Shown piece after piece: positions 27,533 to 35,796 of a DNA stretch of 64,000 nucleotides (positions within the stretch are counted from its first letter, which is position 1; each line of letters starts with the position of its first letter). This stretch comes from an uncultured Planctomycetales bacterium. Its GTDB lineage: Bacteria > Planctomycetota > Planctomycetia > Pirellulales > S012-138. Location of the stretch: positions 37,800 to 101,799 of the forward strand of contig CALBRZ010000002.1 in NCBI GenBank assembly GCA_937927735.1. Reading direction: 5' to 3'. The position numbers and the translations under genes were made by a program. The notes beneath the pieces are model-generated. The model saw only the letters and a list, made by a program, of their open reading frames with translations, had not been told where the DNA came from and did not search any database.

Positions 27533-29298
27533 ATCGCACACTCCGCAACAAGGCGATCTACCTGGTGCTCATGGCGTTGTTGCTGGTGCCGCTCTCGTGG
27601 CTGGGCCAGCCGGCCACGGTGGCCACCGAAAGCGACTCCAGCGGCGGCAGCTCCGGCGGCACCCTGGCCCAGTTGCGCGCCGAGTACGATCTGAGCCACG
27701 GCAACCTGGGCGAGATCGACCCCACCAGCGAAGCCCTCAAGTTGGCCCTCTTTGGTATGCGGGGCCTGGCCGCGACCATCACCTGGGAGCAGGCCCGCGA
27801 ATACCAGATGAAAGAGGACTGGACCAACCTCGACCTGAAGCTTGAGCAGATCGCCCGCCTGCAACCGCACTTTGTGATGGTCTGGCGGCACCAGGCCTGG
27901 AACCTGTCGTACAACGTTTCGGCCGAGTGGGACGACTACCGCGACCGGTATTACTGGGTGATTCGCGGTCTGAAGTACCTGATGCGCGGCCAGCCGTACA
28001 ACCGGCACGATACGCGGCTGGTGTGGGACGAAGGCTGGTTCATCGGGCAGAAGATCGGCAAGTCCGACGAATACCGACAGTTTCGCATCCTGTTCCGCGA
28101 GAACGCCATTAACCCGATCCATCCCGAGGATCGTCCGGCTCGCGACGAGGACCGCGACAACTGGCAGGTGGCCCGTCAGGCATTCCTCCGCGGCCTGCAA
28201 ATGTACGAACGCGGCGACGAGCTGCGTGGTGCCAACCCGCTGATCTTCTTCTCTGAGCCGTCGCGTTGCTCGATCCGCTTTGCCGCGGCCAAGGAAGAAG
28301 AAGGCGACTTCGAAGGTGACCGGCCCCGCTCGCGCTGGGAGCGTGCCCGCGAGGAATGGCACGAGTTCACCCATCGCAGCATCCCGGCCGCCGGCATGGC
28401 CAATGTGTTCATCACCGTGGCCGGCTTTGAGGAGTATGCCCGCGAGCAGGCGGCCGCCGAACAGGAGTTCTACGCACTGCAGCCCGGCTTGCAGCAGCAA
28501 CTGGAGGCCCAGAAGCGGGCTGCCCTGACCGACGAAGAACGCCAACTGCTGGAAACGCCCGCGGACTCGCTCTCCGACGAGCAGATCGAGGAGCAGGGTA
28601 AGCTCCGGCAGCGCATTCAGGTGACGCTGCAAGACTTCATCAACGCCTTGCCCGAGGACAAACGCCCCCTGGCCAACGAGTTGGCCAAGAAGGTGAATCT
28701 GGCCCGGTCGCTGGCCCAGGCAGGCTCGGCCGCGCGGTACACGGTGAACTACGACTACTGGGAGAAACGCTGCGAGGCTGAGCAATCGGTACTGGTGCGC
28801 ACCGTCGATGGCCAGGAAGTGGTGGGCGTGGAGCAGAGCAATACGCTGCTGCTGCCGATTGCCGCCGCCACCGACGAAGAAGAACGCGAAACCACCATTC
28901 GCGGCCTGGTGGGCGGTGTGGCTGCCTGGAACCCCTCGGGCGAGATTCGCATCCTCACGCCCAACGGGGATGTGGCGATCATCCAGGCCGAGGGCGTGCG
29001 TGAAGTGATCGACCTGGGCGTGGGGGCCCGCCGCGACCTGTATCACGCCTACCAGGCGTATCGCATCGATCCGTTCACGGCCAAGCCGTACTACGAAACG
29101 GCCTTTCAGAAGTGGCGGAAGATTCTCGATGCTTACCCGGTGCTGGTGGGCGACGGCGACATCAACGACGATCTGACGATGGCCAGCCGCCGTTACGACG
29201 TGTCGTTGCAGCGCCGCAACCTGCCGTTCCCCAAGGACGATTACATCCTCAACGACGTGCTTGAGGCGCGGCCGCCCGATCCGCCGATTGGCGAGTAA
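27529..29298 (+). CDS. membrane-anchored hypothetical protein (589 aa), translationally coupled to the ABC-2 permease
   Basis: N-terminal anchor MNRTLRNKAIYLVLMALLLVPLSWL, then a Trp/Arg/Glu-rich soluble region (WEQAREYQMKEDWTNLDLKLEQIARLQPHFVMVWRHQAWNLSYNVSAEWDDYRDRYYW). I recognise no family. Confidence 0.65.
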   Translation: MNRTLRNKAIYLVLMALLLVPLSWLGQPATVATESDSSGGSSGGTLAQLRAEYDLSHGNLGEIDPTSEALKLALFGMRGLAATITWEQAREYQMKEDWTNLDLKLEQIARLQPHFVMVWRHQAWNLSYNVSAEWDDYRDRYYWVIRGLKYLMRGQPYNRHDTRLVWDEGWFIGQKIGKSDEYRQFRILFRENAINPIHPEDRPARDEDRDNWQVARQAFLRGLQMYERGDELRGANPLIFFSEPSRCSIRFAAAKEEEGDFEGDRPRSRWERAREEWHEFTHRSIPAAGMANVFITVAGFEEYAREQAAAEQEFYALQPGLQQQLEAQKRAALTDEERQLLETPADSLSDEQIEEQGKLRQRIQVTLQDFINALPEDKRPLANELAKKVNLARSLAQAGSAARYTVNYDYWEKRCEAEQSVLVRTVDGQEVVGVEQSNTLLLPIAAATDEEERETTIRGLVGGVAAWNPSGEIRILTPNGDVAIIQAEGVREVIDLGVGARRDLYHAYQAYRIDPFTAKPYYETAFQKWRKILDAYPVLVGDGDINDDLTMASRRYDVSLQRRNLPFPKDDYILNDVLEARPPDPPIGE

Positions 29299-29327
29299 CG
29301 CCGGCTCGTGGCACCAGGGAAGCGTTC

Positions 29328-30065
29328 TTGAGTACCACGTGGACTGTCGCCGCCACCCCGCCGGAGTTGCCGCCAGGGCACGTACACGTGTGGCGTGCCC
29401 GGCTCCAGGGGCGGCGCGACCGCATCGCCCTCTGGGGCTGTCTGGACGACGAAGAACGCCGCCGGGCCCAGGCTTTCTTTCGCCCCGAGCACGGCGAACG
29501 GTTTGCCTCCGCCCGGGGGCTGTTGCGTCGGCTGGTGGCCGCGTACACCGGCTTGTTACCGCGCGAGGTCCGTTTTACCGCCGGCACGTACGGCAAGCCG
29601 GAGCTTCTGACGCCGCCGGTGCCGCTGGCGTTCAATCTTTCGCACTCCAAGGACTTCGCCCTGGTGGCGTTTGCCCGCAGCGGCCGGCTGGGCGTGGATG
29701 TCGAGCAGGTACGCACGCTTTCCGATGCGCTGTCGCTGGCCGAGCGGAACTTTGCCGCCGACGAAGTGCAGTGGCTGAGTTCCACGCCGCCTGAGCAGCA
29801 GCCGGAGGTATTCTTCCGCATCTGGACCCGCAAGGAAGCAGTGCTCAAAGCCGTGGGGGCGGGCCTGTGGATCGATCTGCACGGCTTCAGCGTGGTGCCG
29901 GTGAAGGGGGCCGGCGAGCTGCTGCCGATGGCCCTCACGCCTGGCGCCGAGCCGGATCCCTGGCGCTGGTACGATTTGGAGCCGGCCGCCGGCTTCCAAG
30001 GCTGCGTGGTGTACGATGAGGATGTGACGTCGCTGGCTACCTTTGAAGCCGCCGACCTGGGCTGA
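29328..30065 (+). CDS. 4'-phosphopantetheinyl transferase, Sfp type
   Basis: FNLSHSKDFALVAFARSGRLGVDVEQV and FFRIWTRKEAVLKAVGAGL (the PPTase G-x-D and W-x-x-KEA-x-x-K motifs). TTG start. Confidence 0.85.
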   Translation: MSTTWTVAATPPELPPGHVHVWRARLQGRRDRIALWGCLDDEERRRAQAFFRPEHGERFASARGLLRRLVAAYTGLLPREVRFTAGTYGKPELLTPPVPLAFNLSHSKDFALVAFARSGRLGVDVEQVRTLSDALSLAERNFAADEVQWLSSTPPEQQPEVFFRIWTRKEAVLKAVGAGLWIDLHGFSVVPVKGAGELLPMALTPGAEPDPWRWYDLEPAAGFQGCVVYDEDVTSLATFEAADLG

Positions 30066-30475
30066 TCCAGGGACACGCTGGCTGTCAGTTGGATGTGACC
30101 ATCTCAGTTGAGGCCGCGGTGCGGACCACCCACGAACAGATCGAACCACGTGGGTACGGTTCGAAGCATTGGCGAAGGACTGGTGGCGAAGCCTTCAAGA
30201 GGTCTAAGCCGCTCGTGCCGCGGTTCCGCACGCCGTGTGCCGTTTCAGCTCCACCGGCCGCAACCGTAAGCGGGCTACTTGCTCGTCGCAGGTGCGATGG
30301 CCGGCTGCACATGCCCGGTCTAGCACGATCGCTTGCTGTCGTGGCTGAGTGATTGCCCCGTTGCGGTGCCCAAGCGGGTGACCGATAATTTTACGTAAGT
30401 ACCGAAATACCCGATATTCCGGCGCCGCGACCGTGGCGGGCGTCGACACATGCGGGGCAGAAAGCAGACGGGCCG

Positions 30476-31399
30476 ATGGCTGAGCGTCACGCCGAACTCG
30501 ATACGCGCATCTCCATCAGCACGCCGGAGAATATCGCGTTCGATTACCGCATCGCCGGGCCTTTCCAGCGGTTGCCGGCTTACCTGCTCGACCTGCTGAT
30601 CCGCAGCACCGTGTTCTTCGTGGCGGCGATCGCGGTGCTGGTGGTCGCCGGCTGGGAGATCGGCCTGGCCTGGGCCCTGATCCTGTTTTTTGCTCTGGAT
30701 ATCTTCTACGGCGGCTTCTTTGAAACCGTGTGGAACGGCCAGACGCCGGGCAAGCGGATCCTCAACCTGCGCGTGGTCACCATCCAGGGCGAACCGATCA
30801 GCCCTTACCAGGCCGTGCTGCGAAACATCCTGCGGATCGCGGATGGGTTCCCGTACATCGGTGTCGAGACGGCCGGCTTCCCGCTGTTCCAGGTCGGCCT
30901 GTTTTCCATGATGGCCAGCCGCCGTTATCAGAGGGTGGGCGATCTGGTGTGCGGCACGATCGTCGTGTCGGAAGAACAGCAATCGGCCTTCGGCGTGCTG
31001 CAAACGGTGCCGCCCGAGGCCTTGGCCCTGGCCGCCGAGATTCCCGCCGGTTTCGAGGTGACCCGCTCGTTGGGCCTGGCCCTCAGCACCTATGCGCACC
31101 GCCGGTCGATGTTCGGCTGGGCGCGACGCGAGGAGATCGCCCGGCACCTGGGCGAGCCGCTGCGGCAGCGGCTAGGGCTGACGCTGCAACAGATCGGCAG
31201 TTACGACACACTGCTGTGCGCGCTGTATCATAAGACATTTGTCGAAACGCGCCCGGGGCAGGAGTTGGCCGGCCACACGCCCGCCTCGCCGTTTGCCCCG
31301 GCCCCCCTTGCTCCGCCCGGCCCTCCGTGGCAAACGTGGCCGCAGCCGCCCGAGCAATACGCGTATGGCGGTTATGGTCCGCCCGGCGGTGCCCGGTGA
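30476..31399 (+). CDS. RDD-family membrane protein
   Basis: FQRLPAYLLDLLIRSTVFFV...WNGQTPGKRILNLRVVTIQGEPISPYQAVLRNILRIAD matches the RDD domain pattern. Pro-rich C-terminal tail. Confidence 0.85.
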   Translation: MAERHAELDTRISISTPENIAFDYRIAGPFQRLPAYLLDLLIRSTVFFVAAIAVLVVAGWEIGLAWALILFFALDIFYGGFFETVWNGQTPGKRILNLRVVTIQGEPISPYQAVLRNILRIADGFPYIGVETAGFPLFQVGLFSMMASRRYQRVGDLVCGTIVVSEEQQSAFGVLQTVPPEALALAAEIPAGFEVTRSLGLALSTYAHRRSMFGWARREEIARHLGEPLRQRLGLTLQQIGSYDTLLCALYHKTFVETRPGQELAGHTPASPFAPAPLAPPGPPWQTWPQPPEQYAYGGYGPPGGAR

Positions 31400-31565
31400 T
31401 TGTTTCAGCACACAAGTTCAGGCGGCTGCCGTGCATACGTCGCAGGCGAGGTATCTGCACTCGTTGCGATCGCGCAGGCGTGTGGCCGCCATGCCGCGGA
31501 TCAGCTAGGGCGACTACGTACGCAGATGCGGTCGGTTTCCTCGTAGCCTCGAATCATCAGCAATC

Positions 31566-32606
31566 ATGAAAGTTGCCGAGCTGCTGGCCCATCGTCAGAG
31601 CAATTGGAGCGAGTTGCAGCATTTGTGCGCGCAGATGGAAACGAGGTCCCGCCGCAAGATTCCGCCCGAGATGCTCACGCGGATGGCGTCGCTTTACCGT
31701 TCGGCCTGTGCCGACTTGGCTTTGGCCGACGCCTACCAGCTTCCGCCCAGCACCGTGCGGTACCTGCACCAACTGGTGGCCAACGCTCACAATCAGCTTT
31801 ATCGCAGCCGCAGCTTCAACTACAGCGGCTGGCTGCGGAGTCTGTTTGTCGAAGTGCCGCAGCGGCTGTTTCATGACAACGCCCTGCGGGCTTCGTTCCT
31901 GCTGTTCTTTGGGTTGTTCATCGCGTCGTACTACCTGGCGTCGAACAATCGCGCGCTGGCTGAGATCCTGGTGGGCGAAGATTTCATCTCCGCCCTTGAA
32001 AGCATGTACGCTGCGCCGCCCAATAGTTCCGGCCTCTCGATGGGGCTTGCCCGAACCGGCTTCTACATCCAGCACAACGCCACCATCGGTTTTCGCTGCT
32101 TTGCGATGGGCGTGTTGCTATTGGGGCTGGGAGGGCTGTTCGAAGTGAGCTTCAACGGCATCGTGCTGGGCGGTGCATTCGGCTACATGGCCAGCCTGCA
32201 AACCTCGGCCAAGGAGCATTTTTTCGAGTTCGTCACGGCGCACGGGCCGTTCGAGCTGACGGCGATCGTGTTGTCGGCGGCGGCCGGCATCCGGCTGGGC
32301 TTTTCCATCGTCCACACGCGAGGACTAACGCGGCTGGCCTCGCTGCGGCTGGCCGGACGCGAAACGCTGCCGGTGATGATGGCCGCCGCGATCCTGTTTT
32401 GCCTGGCGGCGTTCATCGAAGGTTACATTTCGCCCTCGCAACTGCCTTATGTGGTAAAAGCCAGCGTGGGGGCACTGTCGTGCCTGGCATTGATGGTGTA
32501 CTTCGTGCTGCTGGGCTTGCCGACGGGGCCGCGGCCGGCTCCCGCCGACGAATCCGCCGCAGCCGCCGGCACCTGGGAAGCCGCTTTAGTCGCCGACGAA
32601 GATTGA
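31566..32606 (+). CDS. stage II sporulation protein M-like (DUF95) integral membrane protein
   Basis: N-terminal helical region (ASLYRSACADLALADAY) followed by an HNATIGFRCFAMGVLLLGLGGLFEVSFNGIVLGGAFGY...FVTAHGPFELTAIVLSAAAG core typical of the SpoIIM/DUF95 family. Confidence 0.8.
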   Translation: MKVAELLAHRQSNWSELQHLCAQMETRSRRKIPPEMLTRMASLYRSACADLALADAYQLPPSTVRYLHQLVANAHNQLYRSRSFNYSGWLRSLFVEVPQRLFHDNALRASFLLFFGLFIASYYLASNNRALAEILVGEDFISALESMYAAPPNSSGLSMGLARTGFYIQHNATIGFRCFAMGVLLLGLGGLFEVSFNGIVLGGAFGYMASLQTSAKEHFFEFVTAHGPFELTAIVLSAAAGIRLGFSIVHTRGLTRLASLRLAGRETLPVMMAAAILFCLAAFIEGYISPSQLPYVVKASVGALSCLALMVYFVLLGLPTGPRPAPADESAAAAGTWEAALVADED

Positions 32607-32698
32607 TATTGCCCGCGGCGGCGAACAACCGCCGCGGCACCGGTGACCTTTCATCCATACGCAATGATCCGGCGCGAATCGCCGGCCACACGTTCCCT

Positions 32699-33598
32699 AT
32701 GCAGCTTGACGTTACCCGCATCACCATTCGCGAGCGAGGGATCTTCGATCTGCTCGATCTCGGCCTGCGCGTGATGTGGGTGTATGCCGGGCCGCTGCTG
32801 GCGGCTGCGGCCCTGGGCATCCTGCCGCTGATGCTGCTCAACACGCTATTGCTGGCGCCGATTGTGCCGGACGCATCGCAGTACGACCTGAACGACTACT
32901 ACGAGGAGTCGATCTACACTGAAGACGTGGCGTACTACCTGTACTGTGCGCTACTGCTGGTGATGATCGAAGTGCCGCTGGCGACGGCGCCCATGACACT
33001 CTACCTGGGCCGGGCCGTGTTTGAAGAACGCCCCTCGTTCCGCAGCTTGTGGCAGAACTACTGGGAGATGTTTCCGCAGTTGTTCCTGTCGCGGGTAGTG
33101 CTGAGAACGCTGTGGCTGACGCCGTCCATCCTGGTGCTCTTGAGCAACGAACCTGGGATGATCTTCCTGGGGACGTTGTTTTTGCCGCTGCCGTTTCTGG
33201 TGCGGCCGTTCACGACCGAGGTCATCCTGCTGGAGCGGAACCCGATCCGGGCACGGAGCTCCGATACCGTCAGCACGTACCGCCGCAATACGATGCTGCA
33301 CGCCGGTTCGTTTGGCGATTTGTTTGGCCGCTGGTTCGTGGTGCTGCTGCTGACCGGGTTCTGGTTGCTGACTCTGTGGGCAGCCACGACAGAAGTGTAC
33401 AAGCTGCTGACGGGCGTAGAGGCCAGCGAGTATTTCGATTACGCCTGGTTGTTTCCCGCGGTGTTGTGGTTCGTGGTCGCCTACGCCACCGTGGTTCGGT
33501 TTTTGAGCTACCTCGACCTGCGCATCCGCCGCGAAGGCTGGGAGGTAGAGCTGCGCATGCGGGCGGAAGGTAGCCGCCTGGCACGGCAGCTCACGTGA
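32699..33598 (+). CDS. polytopic membrane protein of unknown function
   Basis: Start trimmed to ATG 32699 (MQLDVTRITIRERGIFDLLDLGL). About six hydrophobic helices. The C-terminal YLDLRIRREGWEVELRM resembles the Y-x-DLR-x-R-x-EG-x-(D/E) tail seen in membrane proteins that accompany MoxR/DUF58 clusters (from memory). Confidence 0.7.
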   Translation: MQLDVTRITIRERGIFDLLDLGLRVMWVYAGPLLAAAALGILPLMLLNTLLLAPIVPDASQYDLNDYYEESIYTEDVAYYLYCALLLVMIEVPLATAPMTLYLGRAVFEERPSFRSLWQNYWEMFPQLFLSRVVLRTLWLTPSILVLLSNEPGMIFLGTLFLPLPFLVRPFTTEVILLERNPIRARSSDTVSTYRRNTMLHAGSFGDLFGRWFVVLLLTGFWLLTLWAATTEVYKLLTGVEASEYFDYAWLFPAVLWFVVAYATVVRFLSYLDLRIRREGWEVELRMRAEGSRLARQLT

Positions 33599-33693
33599 TC
33601 CGTTTGCAGGTGGTGATCCGGTTTGTCGTCAACGCGGTGAGCTGAAAGAGGTAACCAACCGCCCGTCACCGACCGCGGCCAATGTGATCCATC

Positions 33694-34497
33694 ATGATGA
33701 AAGCGCGCGAGTTCACCCGATGGCTGCTGCTGATGCTGGCTCTGTTGACGTGGCCAGCCGGGCAGCGCTGCGCGCTGGCTGACCTGACGCCCGACGGGGC
33801 GGTGGAACTGGGCCGGGAAACGCTTTCTAAGGGAGTGCTGAATCGTCACCCCTGGTACGACAGCAGCACCGACGATGTGAAGCTGGTGCCGCTCAGGCAA
33901 CAAGCGCAGTCGCAATCATCGAGCTGGGACTGGGATTGGGAGTGGCCCGACTGGACCTGGGAGTTCAACCTCTTTGGCTCCACGTTTTCGGTGAATCTGT
34001 TCACGCTGTTGATGTGGGCCGTGGCGCTGATTCTGGCGTTCTTCCTGGTCCGCTACTTGATCCGGCTGTACGAACGCCGCGAGATCGAAGATGCCAACGG
34101 CGATGACGAAGAAGCCGTCCAGACCACCGACGCCGATCGGGTTGAAGCCCTGCCGGTTGTGGTCAAACGCGAGGTGAGCGATCTGCGCGGCGAAGCCCGC
34201 CGCCTGGCCGACGCGGGCCGGTACTCCGAAGCCATCGTGTACTTGTACAGCCATCTGCTGGTGCAGTTGGACCGCCACCAGGCGATCCGGCTGGCCAAGG
34301 GCAAGACCAATCGTCAGTATCTCGGCGAGGCCGCGGCGACCAGCGGCGACCTCGGGCCGATTGTGGAACGCACGATGACGGCCTTTGAGGACGCGTACTT
34401 CGGCCATCACGAACTGCCGGCAGCCGCGTTTGAAGCCTGCTGGGGCGACGTGCAGCGGCTCGATACCATCGTCCGGCCGCAGGAGGTGATGGTATGA
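33694..34497 (+). CDS. DUF4129 domain membrane protein
   Basis: Signal or anchor, then a Trp/Asp-rich stretch SSWDWDWEWPDWTWEF, one TM helix, and a C-terminal domain (GRYSEAIVYLYSHLLVQLDRHQAIRLAKGKTNRQYL...FEDAYFG) typical of DUF4129. Confidence 0.75.
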   Translation: MMKAREFTRWLLLMLALLTWPAGQRCALADLTPDGAVELGRETLSKGVLNRHPWYDSSTDDVKLVPLRQQAQSQSSSWDWDWEWPDWTWEFNLFGSTFSVNLFTLLMWAVALILAFFLVRYLIRLYERREIEDANGDDEEAVQTTDADRVEALPVVVKREVSDLRGEARRLADAGRYSEAIVYLYSHLLVQLDRHQAIRLAKGKTNRQYLGEAAATSGDLGPIVERTMTAFEDAYFGHHELPAAAFEACWGDVQRLDTIVRPQEVMV

Positions 34498-35720
34498 AAC
34501 CGCGGATCACCTGGGCCATGGCAGCGCTGGCATTGATGGTCGGCGGCTGCGGTTTGGACGCCACCGAACTGGAAACCGAGTACGGCTCGCGGATGTCGAT
34601 ACGGGGCGGCAACAGCAGCGTGAACGGCACCGGCGTGCTGGCCGAGATGTACGAAGCCCAGGGCAATACCGTCAGCAGCGCGCGGCGGTTGTCGCCTCGG
34701 GTGGAACATGCCGACACGATCGTCTGGTTTGTCGAAGACGGCAACCCGCCGAGCGAGGCCGCTATCGACTGGCTGGACAACTGGCTGTATTGGCCGGACC
34801 ACACGCTGGTCATCGTGCTGCGCGATTTCGACGCGGCGCCCTTGTACTGGCGGAAGGTGCTGTCGCAAGCTCCGGCGGCCCAGCAGCAGGAGATTCTCAA
34901 CCGCCAGGCGGAAGCCGACACCGAGTTTGCCCGGCTGCGGCTTTCGTTTCCGCCGGGCGTGAGCGATTGGACGTGGTTCGAATACGACTCGACCAATAAG
35001 CCCCGCCAGGTGACGACTCTGGCCGGCGATCCTCAGTGGATCCGCGGCGTCGATCCGTCCAAGGTGGAGATCGAATTGCACGGCCGGTTGGTGCCCGACC
35101 TGGCCGAGGACCGCATCCTGCTGCGTTCGGAAGACGATCCCATCGTGATCGAGCGCAATGTGCATGGCAACAAGGTGATCGTGGTCGCCAACGGTTCGTT
35201 CCTGCTCAACCTGCCGCTGGTGAACAAGGAACACCGCAAGCTGGCTGGCGCGTTGATCAACGCATCGACCTCAGGGCAGGGCGACGAGGTGGTTTTCCTG
35301 GAAGCCGGCGGCGACGTGGCCGTGAGCGATAGCGACGAGCCCGAGGGGCTGCCCTCGGCCTGGCGCTACCTCAATACGCCGCCGCTCAGCTACCTGCTGC
35401 GCTCGATCATCTTCTTTTCGATGGTGATGATCTTTGCCATGTGGCCGATCTTTGGCGTGCCCCGCGAGGAGTCGCAGCGGCACCTGATGGACTTTGGCCG
35501 GCATGTCGAAGCGCTGGGCAGGCTGCTGGCTCGTACCCGTAACGCCCGCTACGCCTGGAGCCGGATCGCGCTGTATCGCCAACTGACCGAAGGTTCGCGC
35601 CGCCCCGGTGAGCCATCTTCGCAGCCGCCAAGCGGTGGTTCCGAAGTGACGAGTGCCGCAAGCACGAGCCGACAACCGCCGGGCGAAGCCACGCCGCCGG
35701 CGAGCGGACTCTACGGATAA
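34494..35720 (+). CDS. DUF4350 domain protein (GldG/ABC-auxiliary-like fold), lipoprotein-like N-terminus
   Basis: AGGAGG at 34481-34486. ATG overlaps the upstream stop (ATGA). N-terminus MKPRITWAMAALALMVGGCG. VNGTGVLAEMYEAQGNTV...TIVWFVEDGNP is DUF4350-like. There is a late TM helix and a Ser/Pro-rich tail. Confidence 0.75.
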   Translation: MKPRITWAMAALALMVGGCGLDATELETEYGSRMSIRGGNSSVNGTGVLAEMYEAQGNTVSSARRLSPRVEHADTIVWFVEDGNPPSEAAIDWLDNWLYWPDHTLVIVLRDFDAAPLYWRKVLSQAPAAQQQEILNRQAEADTEFARLRLSFPPGVSDWTWFEYDSTNKPRQVTTLAGDPQWIRGVDPSKVEIELHGRLVPDLAEDRILLRSEDDPIVIERNVHGNKVIVVANGSFLLNLPLVNKEHRKLAGALINASTSGQGDEVVFLEAGGDVAVSDSDEPEGLPSAWRYLNTPPLSYLLRSIIFFSMVMIFAMWPIFGVPREESQRHLMDFGRHVEALGRLLARTRNARYAWSRIALYRQLTEGSRRPGEPSSQPPSGGSEVTSAASTSRQPPGEATPPASGLYG

Positions 35721-35796
35721 TGGGCCAACGAACACACGCCGCCCCTGGATAAATAAAGAACGCCCCCCATCGACTCTCAGGGAGAGCCGCAAATCC

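Noticed and set aside
22399-29046. Three very long minus-strand ORFs (22399..24126, 25745..27541, 27499..29046) opposite glnS and the ABC-2 operon.
   Set aside because: The plus-strand ORFs carry unambiguous HIGH/KMSKS, Walker A/B and TM-helix patterns. The antisense products are low-complexity Arg/Gly/His/Val-rich sequences.
30089-30352. 87-aa ORF in the 410-nt gap between the PPTase and RDD genes.
   Set aside because: It has an Arg/Ala-rich composition, no start context and no recognisable motif. I treat it as non-coding leader or promoter region of the RDD-MoxR cluster.
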